Source of the DNA: Vicugna vicugna | Taxonomy: Eukaryota | Assembly (NCBI GenBank): GCA_013265495.1 | Contig: MU058337.1 | Span: 746,001 to 810,000, forward strand | DNA: 64,000 nt | Direction of reading: 5' to 3' | Shown: piece after piece, positions 13,380 through 25,935 of the stretch | How the letters are laid out: each line of letters begins with the position of its first letter | Numbering within the stretch: the stretch's first letter is position 1 | The notes under the pieces: generated by a model | Told to the model about the DNA's origin: nothing | What the model saw: the letters and a program-made list of their open reading frames with translations, nothing else | Databases searched by the model: none | Program-made: the position numbers and the translations under genes

Positions 13380-13470
13380 AAGCTATATATAATAAATATT
13401 ATGTTTTATAAATTACATATTTTATAAGTTTATATTATATTTTCTAAATATTATAATAGTATATATATAA
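13380..13470. repeat. AT-rich low-complexity/(TA)n region
   Basis: Almost exclusively A/T with repeated tata units. Confidence 0.8.
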
Positions 13471-13544
13471 AGGGTTTATCTGTCAAATTCATAATCTGTA
13501 TTTCCTTCTATATGAAAAACAGGGTGACTCAGAAAAAGAGGCAG

Positions 13545-13770
13545 AGAAAAAAGGGAGGAAATCACAATGAAATAGTTCAAGGTATGTTCTGAGGAAAGAT
13601 GAAAATAGCCTAGACCTAGATGTATTATTGGGAAATTTCAAGCCATCAGTGATGAAGAGAAGATTCTAAAATCTTCCAGACAGGGAGGAGAAATAACCTA
13701 CACAGAATCCGGAATCAGAACAGCTTTGGGTTTCTCAAGAGCAAAACCCAAGTGAGAATACAATGTGTGA
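13545..13770 (+). mobile_element. Ancient L1M/HAL1 ORF1-region fragment
   Basis: gaaatttcaagccatcagtgatgaagagaagattctaaaatcttccaga...ggaatcagaacagctttgggtttctcaagagcaa resembles the L1/HAL1 ORF1 'EKILKASR...IRMASDFS' segment. Confidence 0.55.
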
Positions 13771-14610
13771 ATGTACAAGCATAGACACATTTCAGGCTGC
13801 ATACAGATTTCAGATGAAAAATTTGAATCTATCCGGACTGAACAACATTTATTTTTTTTTAGGGAAGAAAATCATCATTAAATATTGTTCTTAGAATTAT
13901 TTGCTCTTAAATAAGAACTTTTCTATGTTTGGGGTACATACATTTGCTTTCATGTAAAAGAAATATTATATATACATATACATGTATATGCATGTATATA
14001 TGTATATATATGTAACTTCAAATTTACTTTAAGCCTCTCCCTAAATGAAAATTTAAGAAAAGAAAGAATTTATAACTATAGGTTAAAATTGAAAGAATCT
14101 TCTATAAATTCTGACCAATAATCAGTTACTCTTCCTGCTCCAAATGCAACTTAAACTTCATGCTGGGCCTTAGACTTCATTTGTTTTTTCTTGATCCAAA
14201 ATAGCTTGGAAAGGCTTCTCTTTTTGGCCTGTAATGTTTTCTGTCTTTGAGACGAGGTTTGTTTGTTCCCTGTTTGTGAAACCTTTTCTGCTTCTTTGAA
14301 AATGTAGGGGAATTCCTTCATCAGCATTCCTGTAACACTAGTATTACCACCATTATTATCATGTTTTTAATCTCTATAGCATGTGAGTGCTTCCATGTCA
14401 GTTTTAACATATTCACAGAGAAGAATTCATGTCTCCTCCAGGCTTGTACCTCTGGTTTCTTTGTTAGTACATATATGCAGTAGGTTCTGAATGACTGTTT
14501 GGAAAGAAGAATCTATTTCTTGGGTGTTTGTGTCATTATATTAATTTCTATACAATATCCAGTCAACAAACTTACCTTTCCCATCACATATTTAAAATTT
14601 TGTGTGTAAT

Positions 14611-15823
14611 TGCGGCAATATTTTTTTGGATCCATCTCCTAGAATAATGGAAGTAGAAGCAAAATAAGCAAATGGGACCTGATTAATCTTAAAAGCTTTT
14701 GCACAGCAAAGGAAACCATAAACAAAATGAAAAGACAACCTACAAAATGGGAGAAAATATTTGCAAATGATGAGACAGACAGATTATTTCTAAAATATAC
14801 AAATAGCCCATACACCATAATATCAAACAAACAAACAAACCAATCAAAAAGTGGGCAGAGGACCTAAACTGACATTTCCCCAGTGAAGACATCCAGATGG
14901 CCAACAGGCACATGAAAAGATGCTCAACATCACTAATTATTAGAGAAATGCAAATCAAAATTACAATGAGATATCACTTCACACTAGTGAGAATGGCCAT
15001 CATTGAAAAGTCTACAAATAATAAACGTTGGAGAGGATGTGGAGAAAAAGAAACCCTCCTACACTGTTTGTGGGAATGTAAATTGGTATAGCCACTGTGG
15101 AGAACAGTACAGAGATCCCTTAAAAAACTAAAAATAAAGTTACTGTATGATCCAGCAATCCCACTTCTTGGCAAATATCCAGGTAAAAGTATACCTCAAA
15201 AAAATACATGTATCCCAATGTTCATAGCAGCACTATTACAGTAGCTAAGGCATGGAAGCAGTCTAAATGTCTATCGACAGATGAATGAATAAAAAAGATA
15301 TATATGTACTCAATGGAATATTACTCAGCCAAAGAAAGAATGAAATAATGCTAATTGCAGCAACATGGGTGGACCTAGAGATTATCAAATTAAGTGAAGT
15401 AAGTCAGATAGAGAAAGACAAATATCATATGACATAATTTGTATGTAGAATCTAAAAAAAAGATATAAATGAACTTGTTTACAAACCAAAAATAGACTCG
15501 CAGACGCAGAAAACAAATTACGGTTACCAAAGGGGAAAGAGGTGGAGGAGAGGGATAAATTAGCAGTTTGAGATTAACATATACATACTATGTAAACATA
15601 TACATATCTATGTAAAATAGATAAACAATAAGGGCTTACTGTAGAGCACAGAGAACTATATTCGATATCTTACAATAACCTATAATGGAAAAGAATCTGA
15701 AAAATAATATATGTACATGTATAATTCAGTCGCTCTGCTGTAAACCTGAAACTAACACAACATTGTAAATTGACTATAGTTCAATAAAAATAAGTTGACA
15801 GAAAATAGAAAAAGAATTTAAAT
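14611..15823 (+). mobile_element. 5'-truncated cetartiodactyl-type L1 (ORF2 C-terminus + 3'UTR + A-rich tail) with target-site duplication
   Basis: ORF track 14897-15091 ([36 protein letters not shown]...CWECKLV-like) is the L1 ORF2 C-terminus. AATAAA near 15783. TSD aaaattttgtgtgtaat (14594-14610) / aaaatttgtgtgtaat (15824-15839) at a TT|AAAA endonuclease site. Confidence 0.95.
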
Positions 15824-17134
15824 AAAATTTGTGTGTAATACAGATGATTTTTACCATGTCCAGAGTTTTATGCTATGTAAACTGTCGCATGGGAAACTTT
15901 AGTGACAACGTAGAATGAAATACAAAAAGCATTAGAAGGAAGCCTGTAATACTACAGCAGACTAGTCATACGAGAAATAAGTACCCAAAGGGCTCTGATG
16001 AACAAGAACAGTTACCATTATTATGGATTTGCATGTAATGATGGGTGAGAACAGTCACAGAAAGTAGGAAACTATTAAATGTACATTAGTGAGGGCCAGA
16101 ATTGGTGTGGGAGGAGAAAGGCAAATTTTGCTTATGGAGGAAGGGTCAACAGGACTCAGGCACTTACTTGCAATATTCCCTCTATTATGGAGACATTTAC
16201 TGCAATATGTTTTCATTTTGTCTTATGGAAACTTTGCTCCAACTAGAGCTAGAATAATCTGTTTATTTTGTTCATAGTTGAGTAACCTCCCTCGTTAGAC
16301 AATTTTCTTGTACTATGCGAGGTTTTATGTGTTTTTAGTTAAACTGGCAGGACCATGGGTTTTGAAAGCTCGTTGATATCCTATGATTGCTCTGCTTTAG
16401 ACAAAATAGGCATCATATTGAACTTTGGAGGCATATGTAATAATTAAGTGCTAAGGAGGAAATGCAAAAGGCTTGAGTCAGAAACAAGTTACAGTACAGC
16501 AAGTTACAGAGCTTTTCCTTGTTGATTCTGCTCCCCTTTTGGTCCTTAATGGGGTTACTTTTTTATATAAAAAAATACCACATGTTTGCATTTCAGTTAT
16601 ACCAAAAAGAAACAATCACAGAGCAATTACCCAGCCTTTGACAAATGCTGTCCTGAATCAGTGGTTGGCTGGCTGTAGCCTAATCGAAATGTCTCCAAGG
16701 AACAAACAGTGCAAACAAAACAGAAGTAACTCTATTTTTCTTGAAAAAAATCATTTCCAAGTTGGTTTTCACTGCCAGAGCCTTTTACTTAGCTCTTATC
16801 TGGGTCTACCGTGTTTTGACCATTTTCCCCTGGTCTCTAGCTCATTTAATGCCTCTCTTGGCTCCTGTTCAGATGGGTGCAGCAAAGGGCAGTTTTTCTT
16901 TATTGTGACAGTGACTCTTTCTTTCCTCTTGTTCCTCAGCTGCTTTTTCTTTGACTCCTGAATTGCCAACAAGCCGCTCGTCCTCTCTGGTCAAATCTGG
17001 GCACCCTTTCCCCTTGCTGTTAAAATGTTTAATTGTAAGTCAGAAAGAGGAGAAAACCTGTGCATTAGATATGATCCTTCTGCCTCTCCGAGTTTTTAGC
17101 TTCTTTCTCCAAACTCAGAAAGAGTATATAGTTT

Positions 17135-18200
17135 TATTTCTTAGGCAAATATTGATTGATTGTTTTCTATGTGCTAGACACAGTGTCAGGCCCAAAAAGA
17201 CAGCAAGGAGCAAGAATCAGCCCCTTATGTCATGACCACATTCTTAAGGGGAAGTTACATAAAAACTAAGCAAGTAAGTGATGATTTGAGAGAAGGAAAA
17301 GGACTATGAAGAAAACGATGGAGGTCGTGTACTGCAGGTACCTGGGAGTAGGGGATGCTATTGTTGAAGGGTCATCCAGGGCAGACCTCATAGAGAGGTG
17401 CCACTGCAGCTGAGGCGTGAGTGACAGAAAGGAGCCAATGTACAGGATGTAGATCATTGGAGTCTCAGCATGGTGGGCCAATTAGTAGGTTATTGTAGTC
17501 ATTTAGGCAAAATATGAAGATGCTCAGATCACAGTGATAGTAGTTGGGACGGAGGACAGTAGAAATAGCAGGACTTGTTAATGGACTAGATGTAGAAGAC
17601 GGGGTAAAGGGAAAAATCAAAGATGGGGACAATTTTTGACATGAGGACCTAAAGTATACAAACACAGCAGCCTAATTAGGAAATGTAATAAAGATCAGCT
17701 AACAAAAAGTGAGACAGACAGTATGTATCTGAATATCTGCACATACAGTTCCATCCCTCAGACAAAAGAATTACAAAGAAGGATGAAAAATTACTCTATC
17801 AGGATGTTAAATGGAATGGATTGAAGAAGGATGGGAATTAAAAAGACTAGTCCAAAATTAGTGAGTTTAACTAAACAAGGCCTGACTGATGTCAAAGAGA
17901 CCAGTTAAGAAACTGGCACGTGATAGGGAACAGGGCAGTGGACAAGGGTAGAAACAACCAGAAGAGATGCAAGTTGACTGGTTTAGGACTTACTTGAAAA
18001 GAAAAAATGGTGGAACTCATAAAAAGGTTAGATGATGAGGACGAATAAGTGGAGGGAGTCAGAGACTCAGATTTTAAGTTCCAGTGACTGCAGAATGGAT
18101 ACCCAATGAAGAAAAGGCCGAGAGAAGAACTGGGAGAGAGGATAACACCAGTTCAGTGCTGCACTCCTGGAATTTTAGGTCTTGGTGAAATCTGTGGGAG
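17135..18200 (-). mobile_element. Degraded L2 LINE fragments
   Basis: caaatattgattgattgttttctatgtgctagacacagtg (reverse L2 3' end). Downstream L2-typical segments aggttattgtagtcatttaggc and gacttgttaatggactagatgt...atcaaagatg. Confidence 0.7.
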
Positions 18201-18225
18201 ATATTTTTAAATAAGTGAAGATTCA

Positions 18226-18604
18226 CAATAAAGCAACAGAGATCCTAAATAACACAATAGACTTAACTGACAGACTTAACTGATATTTTCAGGACATTAA
18301 TCAAATAAAACCAGAATAGGCCTTCTTTTCAAGTGTACATGGAGTAATCTGTAGGGTAGACCATGTAGTTAGACACAAAATAAGCTTCAACACATTTAAG
18401 ATGATAGAAATTTGTTTCCAGTAACTTTTCTGACTGCAACAGCATGAAAGCGTAGAAGCAGAAATCAACCACAGAAGGAGAGACAAGAAAAAAGCAACTG
18501 CATGGAGAATAAACAACATGCTACTGAAAACCCGCCCAAAACCAAAAAACAATGGGTCAATTATGAAAAATTAAATGAACGGAGATTCGAAGAATTACCC
18601 TGAG
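18226..18604 (+). mobile_element. Isolated internal L1 ORF2 endonuclease-domain fragment (frameshifted)
   Basis: Conceptual translation resembles the L1 EN region: KATEILN...DIFRTL..KPEY.FFSSVHG...RVDH..HK.S.N.FK.IEI...WR.NNMLLK..WVN. Confidence 0.85.
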
Positions 18605-19114
18605 TCTACAATGGGGTTATGCATCCAAAGACAAAGTGTCAGAAGTGCGACTTGATGATGAAAACAGGGATGAGACTAAGGAAAAGACAAATGCCTTCTA
18701 ATAAGATGGTCAAGGGCAAAACCCAGACTCAAGGCTGGGAGGAGTGGAGGAACCACACACAGAGAGAGATGGAAGCTGAACCTGAAGAGTTCTGGGCTAA
18801 TAAGATATTCAAGAAGCCAACTGGGTTCAGATCGGAGAATTTCAAGATCATGGTAGATTTTACAACATCAGAGGCCACAGAAAATTTGAGGAAGACAAAA
18901 TGTGACCCAAAAATCCCCCAAATCTACCCATTAATCTAATAAGGAGATTTTCACAATGGTTACAAGAAGATTTAAGTAAATTATTTAAATCACAGACTAA
19001 TAAATTGAGTGAGGAACAATATGGTACCTCCCTTGACTTTGCAATAGAATCATAAATACATATTTTTCTATCACAAGTTACCTAGTTTTGAAGTATTGTG
19101 ACTAATAATTTGGG

Positions 19115-19345
19115 GTGTTGCAAATGGCTAGTTTTCTGCCAACAATCCATTTCCTCTTTCTTCCTGGGTTTGCAGCTGGCCAATTAGAATACGCATCCCT
19201 CTCCTTGCAGCTGGCTGTGGCCATGTGGTTTGCCAGCCCGGCTTGCCCCACCCCAACCCCCTGCAAGAGAGAAACAAACTTTTATATTATTTGGCCACAG
19301 AATAGTAGGCTTTTTGTTATGAAAGCTTTGCCTAGTCTCTAATTT
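19115..19345 (+). mobile_element. Old ERVL-MaLR LTR remnant (MLT1J-like), internally deleted
   Basis: ccatttcctctttcttcctggg...tccttgcagctggctgtggccatgtg and gagagaaacaaacttttatattatttggccac...ttttgttat. Confidence 0.6.
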
Positions 19346-19589
19346 ACGTAACTCCTGTCCATGTATGGCTGGCTACTATATACTCACTTTCAGGAGAACA
19401 TTATTCTACAGAAGTTTGCAAAAGTATGAACAATTGTGAAGTCTATCCCCTACTGAGGCTAGGAAATATTTATTTTCTATACTTCTGTCCTTCCAAACTC
19501 CTTGTCATTTTTAATTTACAAGATAAGACTTCATACCTTCCTGCCATTCTTTCTCTGGCTTACTCCACCCAGTTCTGTAAGATCCAGAG

Positions 19590-19830
19590 CACAAAAGCTT
19601 TCCTAAATTTATCATTCCCTCCTCTGAGCTGTATATAGGTGACCCATATGCCAGACTCTGTACATGATCTTACAACAGCATGGCACACTGTTGGTAATTA
19701 TCTTTTTACATTAGGCTTCTCTACTAGACGATGAACTCCTTGTTGCGTAGGCAGCATGATTTATTCATTTTCATTTTCCAGCCCTCATCCTTCAGAGTTT
19801 CTGATGCATAGAAGGCTTTAAACTTAGTCT
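19590..19830 (+). mobile_element. L2 3' fragment
   Basis: ctctactagacgatgaactccttg...gcagcatgatttattcattttcattttccagc. Confidence 0.5.
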
Positions 19831-20211
19831 GAGGAAAGAATTCTCAGGAGAACAAAGAAAGAAAAATGTTCTTTCCTTTGGGGCAATTATTGTTTCACTC
19901 TTAGGAATTTTAGACCCAGAAAGGAAGGATGTCAGTGAATATGTAGAAATTACTAATTCAAGTGTTATTCTTTGAAATGGAACTTTTAATTGCGTTTAAA
20001 TCTGGTCTAACAAGAGCTGAATCGTTATCTACAATGATAAGACCTGTCGAAGAGATTCCCTTTCATCATTAAATAAAATGCTGAAGTGGTCGGTAGATTG
20101 TGCTCTCATTTCCTGATTCAAATAGGACAGAGAAGTTAATCAGGTCTGATCTTGTCACTGTTTTATTTATGCCCTTGCTCTTGATCAGAAGCCAGACACT
20201 AAATGTATTAA

Positions 20212-20219
<8 letters not shown>

Positions 20220-20253
<34 letters not shown>
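20220..20253. repeat. (CA)16 perfect microsatellite
   Basis: Direct reading of the sequence; likely a polymorphic marker. Confidence 0.98.
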
Positions 20254-20255
<2 letters not shown>

Positions 20256-20789
20256 CCACAAACATACCTTCATGAACTTTGTTTTATACTCAGACTGTGC
20301 TCTATGTCAATCTCAAACTGTAATTCAGAGTCCAAGGCTTGTGTTACAGATGGAAAAAAAATCACCTAAATGCTATAAGTTTGGTAAGCCTACAAAATCT
20401 GAGTCACAAATCCTCCCCAACCACAGTCAGACAACAGAAAGTGAGTCAGGTGTCCATCTTTAACCAAAGGAAGGAGACAAAAGGGATGCTGAGGCAGGCA
20501 AAGGGAGATGGAGGAAGGCCATGTCCGCAAGAGAAAATGGCTTAATATGGACCACAGCAAACCGTTTATATCAAGAAATATCAACCACTGCTTACCATTT
20601 TGCATCATCATTGACTTTACTCTGACAGCCTCACTGTGATGGTGGCCCTAGTATTTTGAGGTGATTTTGCTCTCCTGGACTTGCAGAAAAATCAGGGAAT
20701 CTATGCTGAACTTACTTACATTGTAGAATGGAGCTCGTGGGATGGTGTCATGGGGAGGCAAGATCATCCTGGATTGGGTCGGTGCTGGT

Positions 20790-20900
20790 TGGGCAATTCC
20801 TGACCGGATTGCCCCTGGGCTACTCACTTTATCTCTTTGCACCTCAGTCTTCTCAAGGCAAAATGAATGCATCCTACCAGATGGCCTTGAAGTTCCCTTG
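20790..20900 (+). mobile_element. MIR3-like SINE fragment
   Basis: ccctgggctactcactttatctctttgcacctcagtcttctc...ccagatggccttgaagttccctt. Confidence 0.55.
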
Positions 20901-21623
20901 AGTGTAAGATTTTGGTTTTCTTCCTCCTTGACTCTACTAATTTTGTTAATCTGAAAAATTCACCAGGGTCCTATGGCTCTGTTCTACTGAAAATAATTTT
21001 ATATTCTATATCCAAGTCATTTTCTATTGTTAGGAAAAATAGAATATCACAGTAGGCCTTGTGCACTTAGAGCTCAAATTTTCCCTTAATCCTAATACAG
21101 CAAAAAGGTTTAGACCCTGTTTTTAAGTCTCAAGAAAAACTTTATGACATGCGTCCAGGACTTTTATTAGCTGAGGAAGTTTTCATAAAATATAAGTGCA
21201 ATATGCTTCAAGTGTAAGAACAATTATTGGTCACCTTACTATTTCCCTGCATTATCAAGGACTTCCCTGTGCTTGTCTTAAAGGGCATTGACTTTCATTC
21301 CCAGCCCTTGGTTCTACTTGGAGTGCAAGTTTCCATTTGTAATTCATAGATAACATCTTTGCTAAAGAAGGACTGCTCATTGATATGCAGACTGAAGAGT
21401 CAGGGTGTCCTTGAAGAGTTTCAAACTGTGGAATCAACCACAGTCCTGCAAAATAATAGGACCATAGAGCCTTTTACACTGTGAGACTTTGATCTCCTAC
21501 TAGCAGGTCACTAAGTTTAATCCATGAGCTTCACTTAACATGAAAAAGCAAAGCTTGATCTCCAGTAAGTGATTCTAATGCAGAAATATGTAGCACAAGA
21601 TCAATAGTAAAAATTCAATCACT

Positions 21624-21850
21624 GATTCATTCACTCATATATTCAACAAATATTGATTGCTTGTTGTTGTTGGTGTAGGAATTGAGCTTTTGTCAAGCAA
21701 GAGACTGTTCTAATGGACTTATGTTCTAGTTGGAGTGAGGAGGGAAGGAACGGATGACAAACAATAAATGATCAAGATTCAAGATGCTAGTCAGGTGATG
21801 ATAAGTGGTAAATAAAAATGGTGTAGGATGAGGGAATAGAGAATGAAGGG
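21624..21850 (-). mobile_element. L2 3' end
   Basis: attcattcactcatatattcaacaaatattgattg...ggacttatgttctagttggag. Confidence 0.7.
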
Positions 21851-21910
21851 GCTACCAAAGGTAGTTAGTTTCCAACTACATTGGTGTCTTTGATTAAATC
21901 TCTTTGAGAC

Positions 21911-22045
21911 TGTATCATTTAGGATCATGTTTAAATACGGAAAACAGAAACTCCAAAATAACACGGCTTAAGTAGGACTGAAATTTGTTTCTCTCTCATG
22001 TACTAGAACCTCAGAGGCAGGTATTTCAGAACTGTTATGTGGGCT
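21911..22045 (-). mobile_element. MLT1 (J/K-like) LTR fragment
   Basis: tgtatcatttaggat...aacagaaactccaaaataacacggcttaag...tttgtttctctctcatgt. Confidence 0.55.
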
Positions 22046-22061
22046 AATGGAACCACAGATC

Positions 22062-22508
22062 TGTCAAGAGATAAGAAGGTCCCAAGATTTTGTCCTACTT
22101 GCAGGCTCTCAAGTTAGCCTGACAGTTTCATGGATGCTGGTGTAAGTCATGAGAATCCATGGTCAGAACAGAGCACGTTTATTACAGAATAGCAGTAGTC
22201 AGATTATCATCAATTGTGCACCAGTTTCTGAGCCCCAGTTCCCAAAGGACAACACAGAGAAGACCAGGTGATGCCTGCCCACCCAGTGGATTGCATTACA
22301 GTAGAAGAACCCTGTGCTTAGGGAAACCAAATCTTTTATAGTAGGCAGTAGGCATGCCTGCCCTTTGCTCCCTGGAGAGACACTATCTCTGTTTTCCAAA
22401 ACTGTTCACAATTCAAAAGTCCTTGAAAAAATAGGCAAAAGGGAGTCACTACCTCCTCACAAGATATGCAGAAATGCAGGAAACCCATGGAAAATTGTTT
22501 CCCCAAAA
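22062..22508 (-). mobile_element. ERVL solo LTR, LTR40-like
   Basis: Reverse complement starts ~ttggggaaacaattttccatggg and ends ...tcttgaca. Internal ctataaaaga TATA-like and aataaa signals on the minus strand. Resembles the recalled LTR40 consensus. Confidence 0.75.
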
Positions 22509-23077
22509 TATAATTTTAGTGGAATTATTTGAAAATATTTTTGCAAGATATGCCAATTCTGTTATCTATAAATTATCATTTTAGTGAATTATAGCTTTTG
22601 CATACAATTTTAGGATAAATCTAAAATGCTGTTTATGAGAGTTGGAATGTTAAGATAAGTTAAAAGCATGAGAACTCTTTGTAATATGCCAAACACAAGT
22701 TTCACAATACTATTCCTACAAATCAATGATTTGGAACACTATGGATAGAAAAAAAAGGCAGTTTATTTTTTGTCCTACACGTTGTTTGCAAAAGTATTTT
22801 CATGCCAAATAATATTTTCCTACCTACTACAATTGTAAGTTTGAGGTTGTGTTGCCATAATAACTCATAGAACCTAATGTACACAAATCTCATTTAAGAA
22901 TTATAATATTTTGTTTTTCTTTTCAAAATACAATTGAAGTACTTCTAATTATTTTTCAGAATTTCTACAAAAACTTAGTCCAAAGCTCATAGTTGGTTGT
23001 ATTCACTTTAAGTAAAATATACATATTAAAATATGAAGTAAATTCTGTTTTTACTGGACATCTGTTATTTAATATAA

Positions 23078-23840
23078 GATGGCACAACCATTCTAAAAAT
23101 AGTTTGATAACTTCCTTTCAAAACTAAAAAAGGATTTAACAAAGGACCCAGTAATTGCAATCTTGGGCACTTATCCCAGTTAATGAAGACTTAATGGCAT
23201 GCAAGAACTTGTACATGAATGTTCGCAACTGTTTTACTTATAACCCCAAACTAGAACTTACTCAGATGTCCTTCAGTGAGTGAATGGCTAAATACCCTGT
23301 CGTACATCTGTAGCATGAGATACTGCTCAGCAACAAAAGTGAACAAGGTACTGATAACTCACAACTTGGATGAACCTCAAGGAAATGCTGAGAGTGATAA
23401 AAGCGAGTCTCCAGTCATTTTGCACGAGTCCACGTATGTAGTAGCGCTGCTGGGCTGACATAATCATCAAGGGGAGAACAGATTAGTTGGTGGTTGCCAG
23501 GAGCTAGGGCTGGGAGTGCGGCGATGCGTCTACAAGGTGGTGACCCATGGGAGACTTACGCTAATGCTTCAGTTGAATACGATGGTTGTAGTGGTGGTTT
23601 CACAAAGCTACACACATAGTAATGTTGCGCAGAGCTACACACACATGAATGCATGTGTGATGGTGAAATCTTCATACAGTCCACAGATCTTAGCAATGCT
23701 AAGTTCTTAGTTTTGATAATTTGTACCTTACTTGTACAAGATGTTAACATTGGGGGTGGCTGGGGGAAGGATGGGGGGGTTTCTCTGCATAGTTCTTTGT
23801 AAACTTTCATGTATCTTTTGATTTCAAAATAAAAAAAGGC
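23078..23840 (+). mobile_element. L1MC-type 3' end
   Basis: gacccagtaattgcaatcttgggcacttatcccag; gatactgctcagcaacaaaa; tacaagatgttaacattggggg; ends at tcaaaataaaaaaaa. Confidence 0.85.
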
Positions 23841-24786
23841 TAAAAAAACATAAAAATGGGTACCATTTCAAGTAAATTATCAAGCTAATCGATGTGTGTT
23901 GGACTTTATTCTAATTACTTCCCGACTTTGGGTCCTAATAAAAAAAGAAAGGCTAAATTTAACATTAGTGTTACCTGGAGTTGTCATGATAAGTTTGACA
24001 GGATTTAAAATTTGTTATCAAATATCAAATGTACTTTGATAAATAAGGGGAAAAAAGAATAGTGTATACACTTACCATACATATGACTTATTTTGATTTT
24101 TAAAACATTTATGTCTATATATGCATAGTCTAGTTTTTAAAACTAATATTAACAGTATGTTACTGTATATACATATGGACAGAATTGGAAGAATGTCCAT
24201 TCAGTTGTTGAAGATAGTTACTGCAGGGGTATAGATTATATTTTTGTTGGCTTTACTTTCTACCACGTGTTTCTTTAATACTTGACATTTCTATACCTTA
24301 GTAATATTCTTTTAACTAGGGGAAAAAAGCATATAGGAGAAAAGATAATGAAGTCTAGTATCTAACTCTACCACAAAATGTTACTAAATTTCCTTAAATA
24401 AAAAGATTCAAAGCATGCTCATACACCCATGCTGCGGTCAGCCGGCCCAGCCAGCAACTGCTCAGGGACAGCTCCTTGGGGGGGTCTCCGAGCCCTTGAA
24501 AGTGGATCTTTCCTACAAATCTCAAATCCCTTCTGTTCACACAGCTCGCTTTCTTTTAGGTTACCTAATGGTAACCTATTAAATTGGAAATTGTAAAAAA
24601 TATGACAAAATATTTTGTTAGAAAAGACCAATGACCCTCATGGAATTGATAACAAAATTATCTTAAATCATACCAATGTATACAAAAGAAAGAAATTTAA
24701 ATTCTTTAGTTATACAAATGTATACAAGTTATCTTAAATTACACAAATGTATACAAGTAGAAAGCAAACTCTGATGACTTCCTGGA

Positions 24787-25040
24787 CATGCCCACCAGGC
24801 GGGCTGGCCTCCGTGGGACCCCCTCTGGGCGAGGCAGTGAGACTCCAGGGTGGGCTGCGCGGTGCGTTTCCATCTGCCCTGTCTCTCGTCCTGTCAGGCT
24901 GCCGGGATCCCGCCTCCAGACCCAGGCGGTGCTGGGTGCCTCTGGCTGTCTCAGCTCAAACTCCAGAGGCCTTGCCCCTCTGCAATTGCTCCCTGTCCGG
25001 TCGTTCATGTTCAGAGAGATTCGGCCGTGGCTAGAGAGGC
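24787..25040. other. Small CpG/GC-rich patch
   Basis: Abrupt GC rise with many CpGs inside AT-rich flanks. Confidence 0.5.
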
Positions 25041-25804
25041 TTCCTTACCTCTGTTTCTGGGGTGGAAGCTCTTTATGTTTAGATCTGTTATGACACAGAT
25101 CTGCAGAGCGTGGGAAATGCTGCCAGTGTGCCTCATTTCCAATAGAACGTGCTCTGCTCAGGCCTTCGGTGACTCCCTCCTTGGCTGTAAAATTGTGACT
25201 CTCTTTTGTGAAATGCCTCTCATAAAATCCTCCCAATTGCCATGAATAGGGTGAATGTTTTTATAGCCATTCTTGACTTGAGGTGAGAAATGAATATCTT
25301 CTCAGTTTGATGTTGCTGAGAAAAATTCCCCTGTCACTTGGAGGTCCTCCCCGTAACAGGTGCCTCTCAACAGGAAAGACTGTTTTGGCTTCCATCCGAG
25401 TAAATTATAGTTTATGAGTTTTAGGCTGTAAGTGTGCCTTTTACTCTGCCTGGAAAAATGGAATGGTCTTCTACCTGAAGAGGAGGCTCTAGGCATATGT
25501 GAGGTTATTTCTGAGATTGAGAAAAATTCTTTTCTGTTTTAAAATTTAAAATGTTTAAAATCTATTCCTGGAAGAGGCTGCTGAAGGTTGCTAGTGAAAT
25601 CAATTGCAAGGTTTCATAGGGAAATTCAAATTTTTGCCTGGGCAAAGAATTATGGACTTATCAATTGCTAGAATAATCAGATTAAGGGGAAAAGTCCAAT
25701 TATTCTCATAATGGAAGAAATAGAAGACTTGAGAAAAAAAAGACCGAGGAAAAAAAAACAACAGGCAACATGCTGATACTGATGTACACACACATGCACA
25801 GTAT

Positions 25805-25935
25805 GTAATGTCATGATACCTGTCTTGTTTTGCAGATGAAAAACTTGAAGCCCACCGAGAATAATTTCTGCTTGCCTGAGAGTGAATTTGTGGCAGATTT
25901 AGGCATAGAAGGGAGGTTTTCCAAATCTGCATAGT
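25805..25935 (-). mobile_element. MIR fragment
   Basis: ttttgcagatgaaaaacttgaagccc...cttgcctgag...gtggcagatttagg. Confidence 0.6.

Noticed and set aside
14639..15174. Several ORFs on both strands
   Set aside because: These are sense and antisense translations of the L1 ORF2 3' end.
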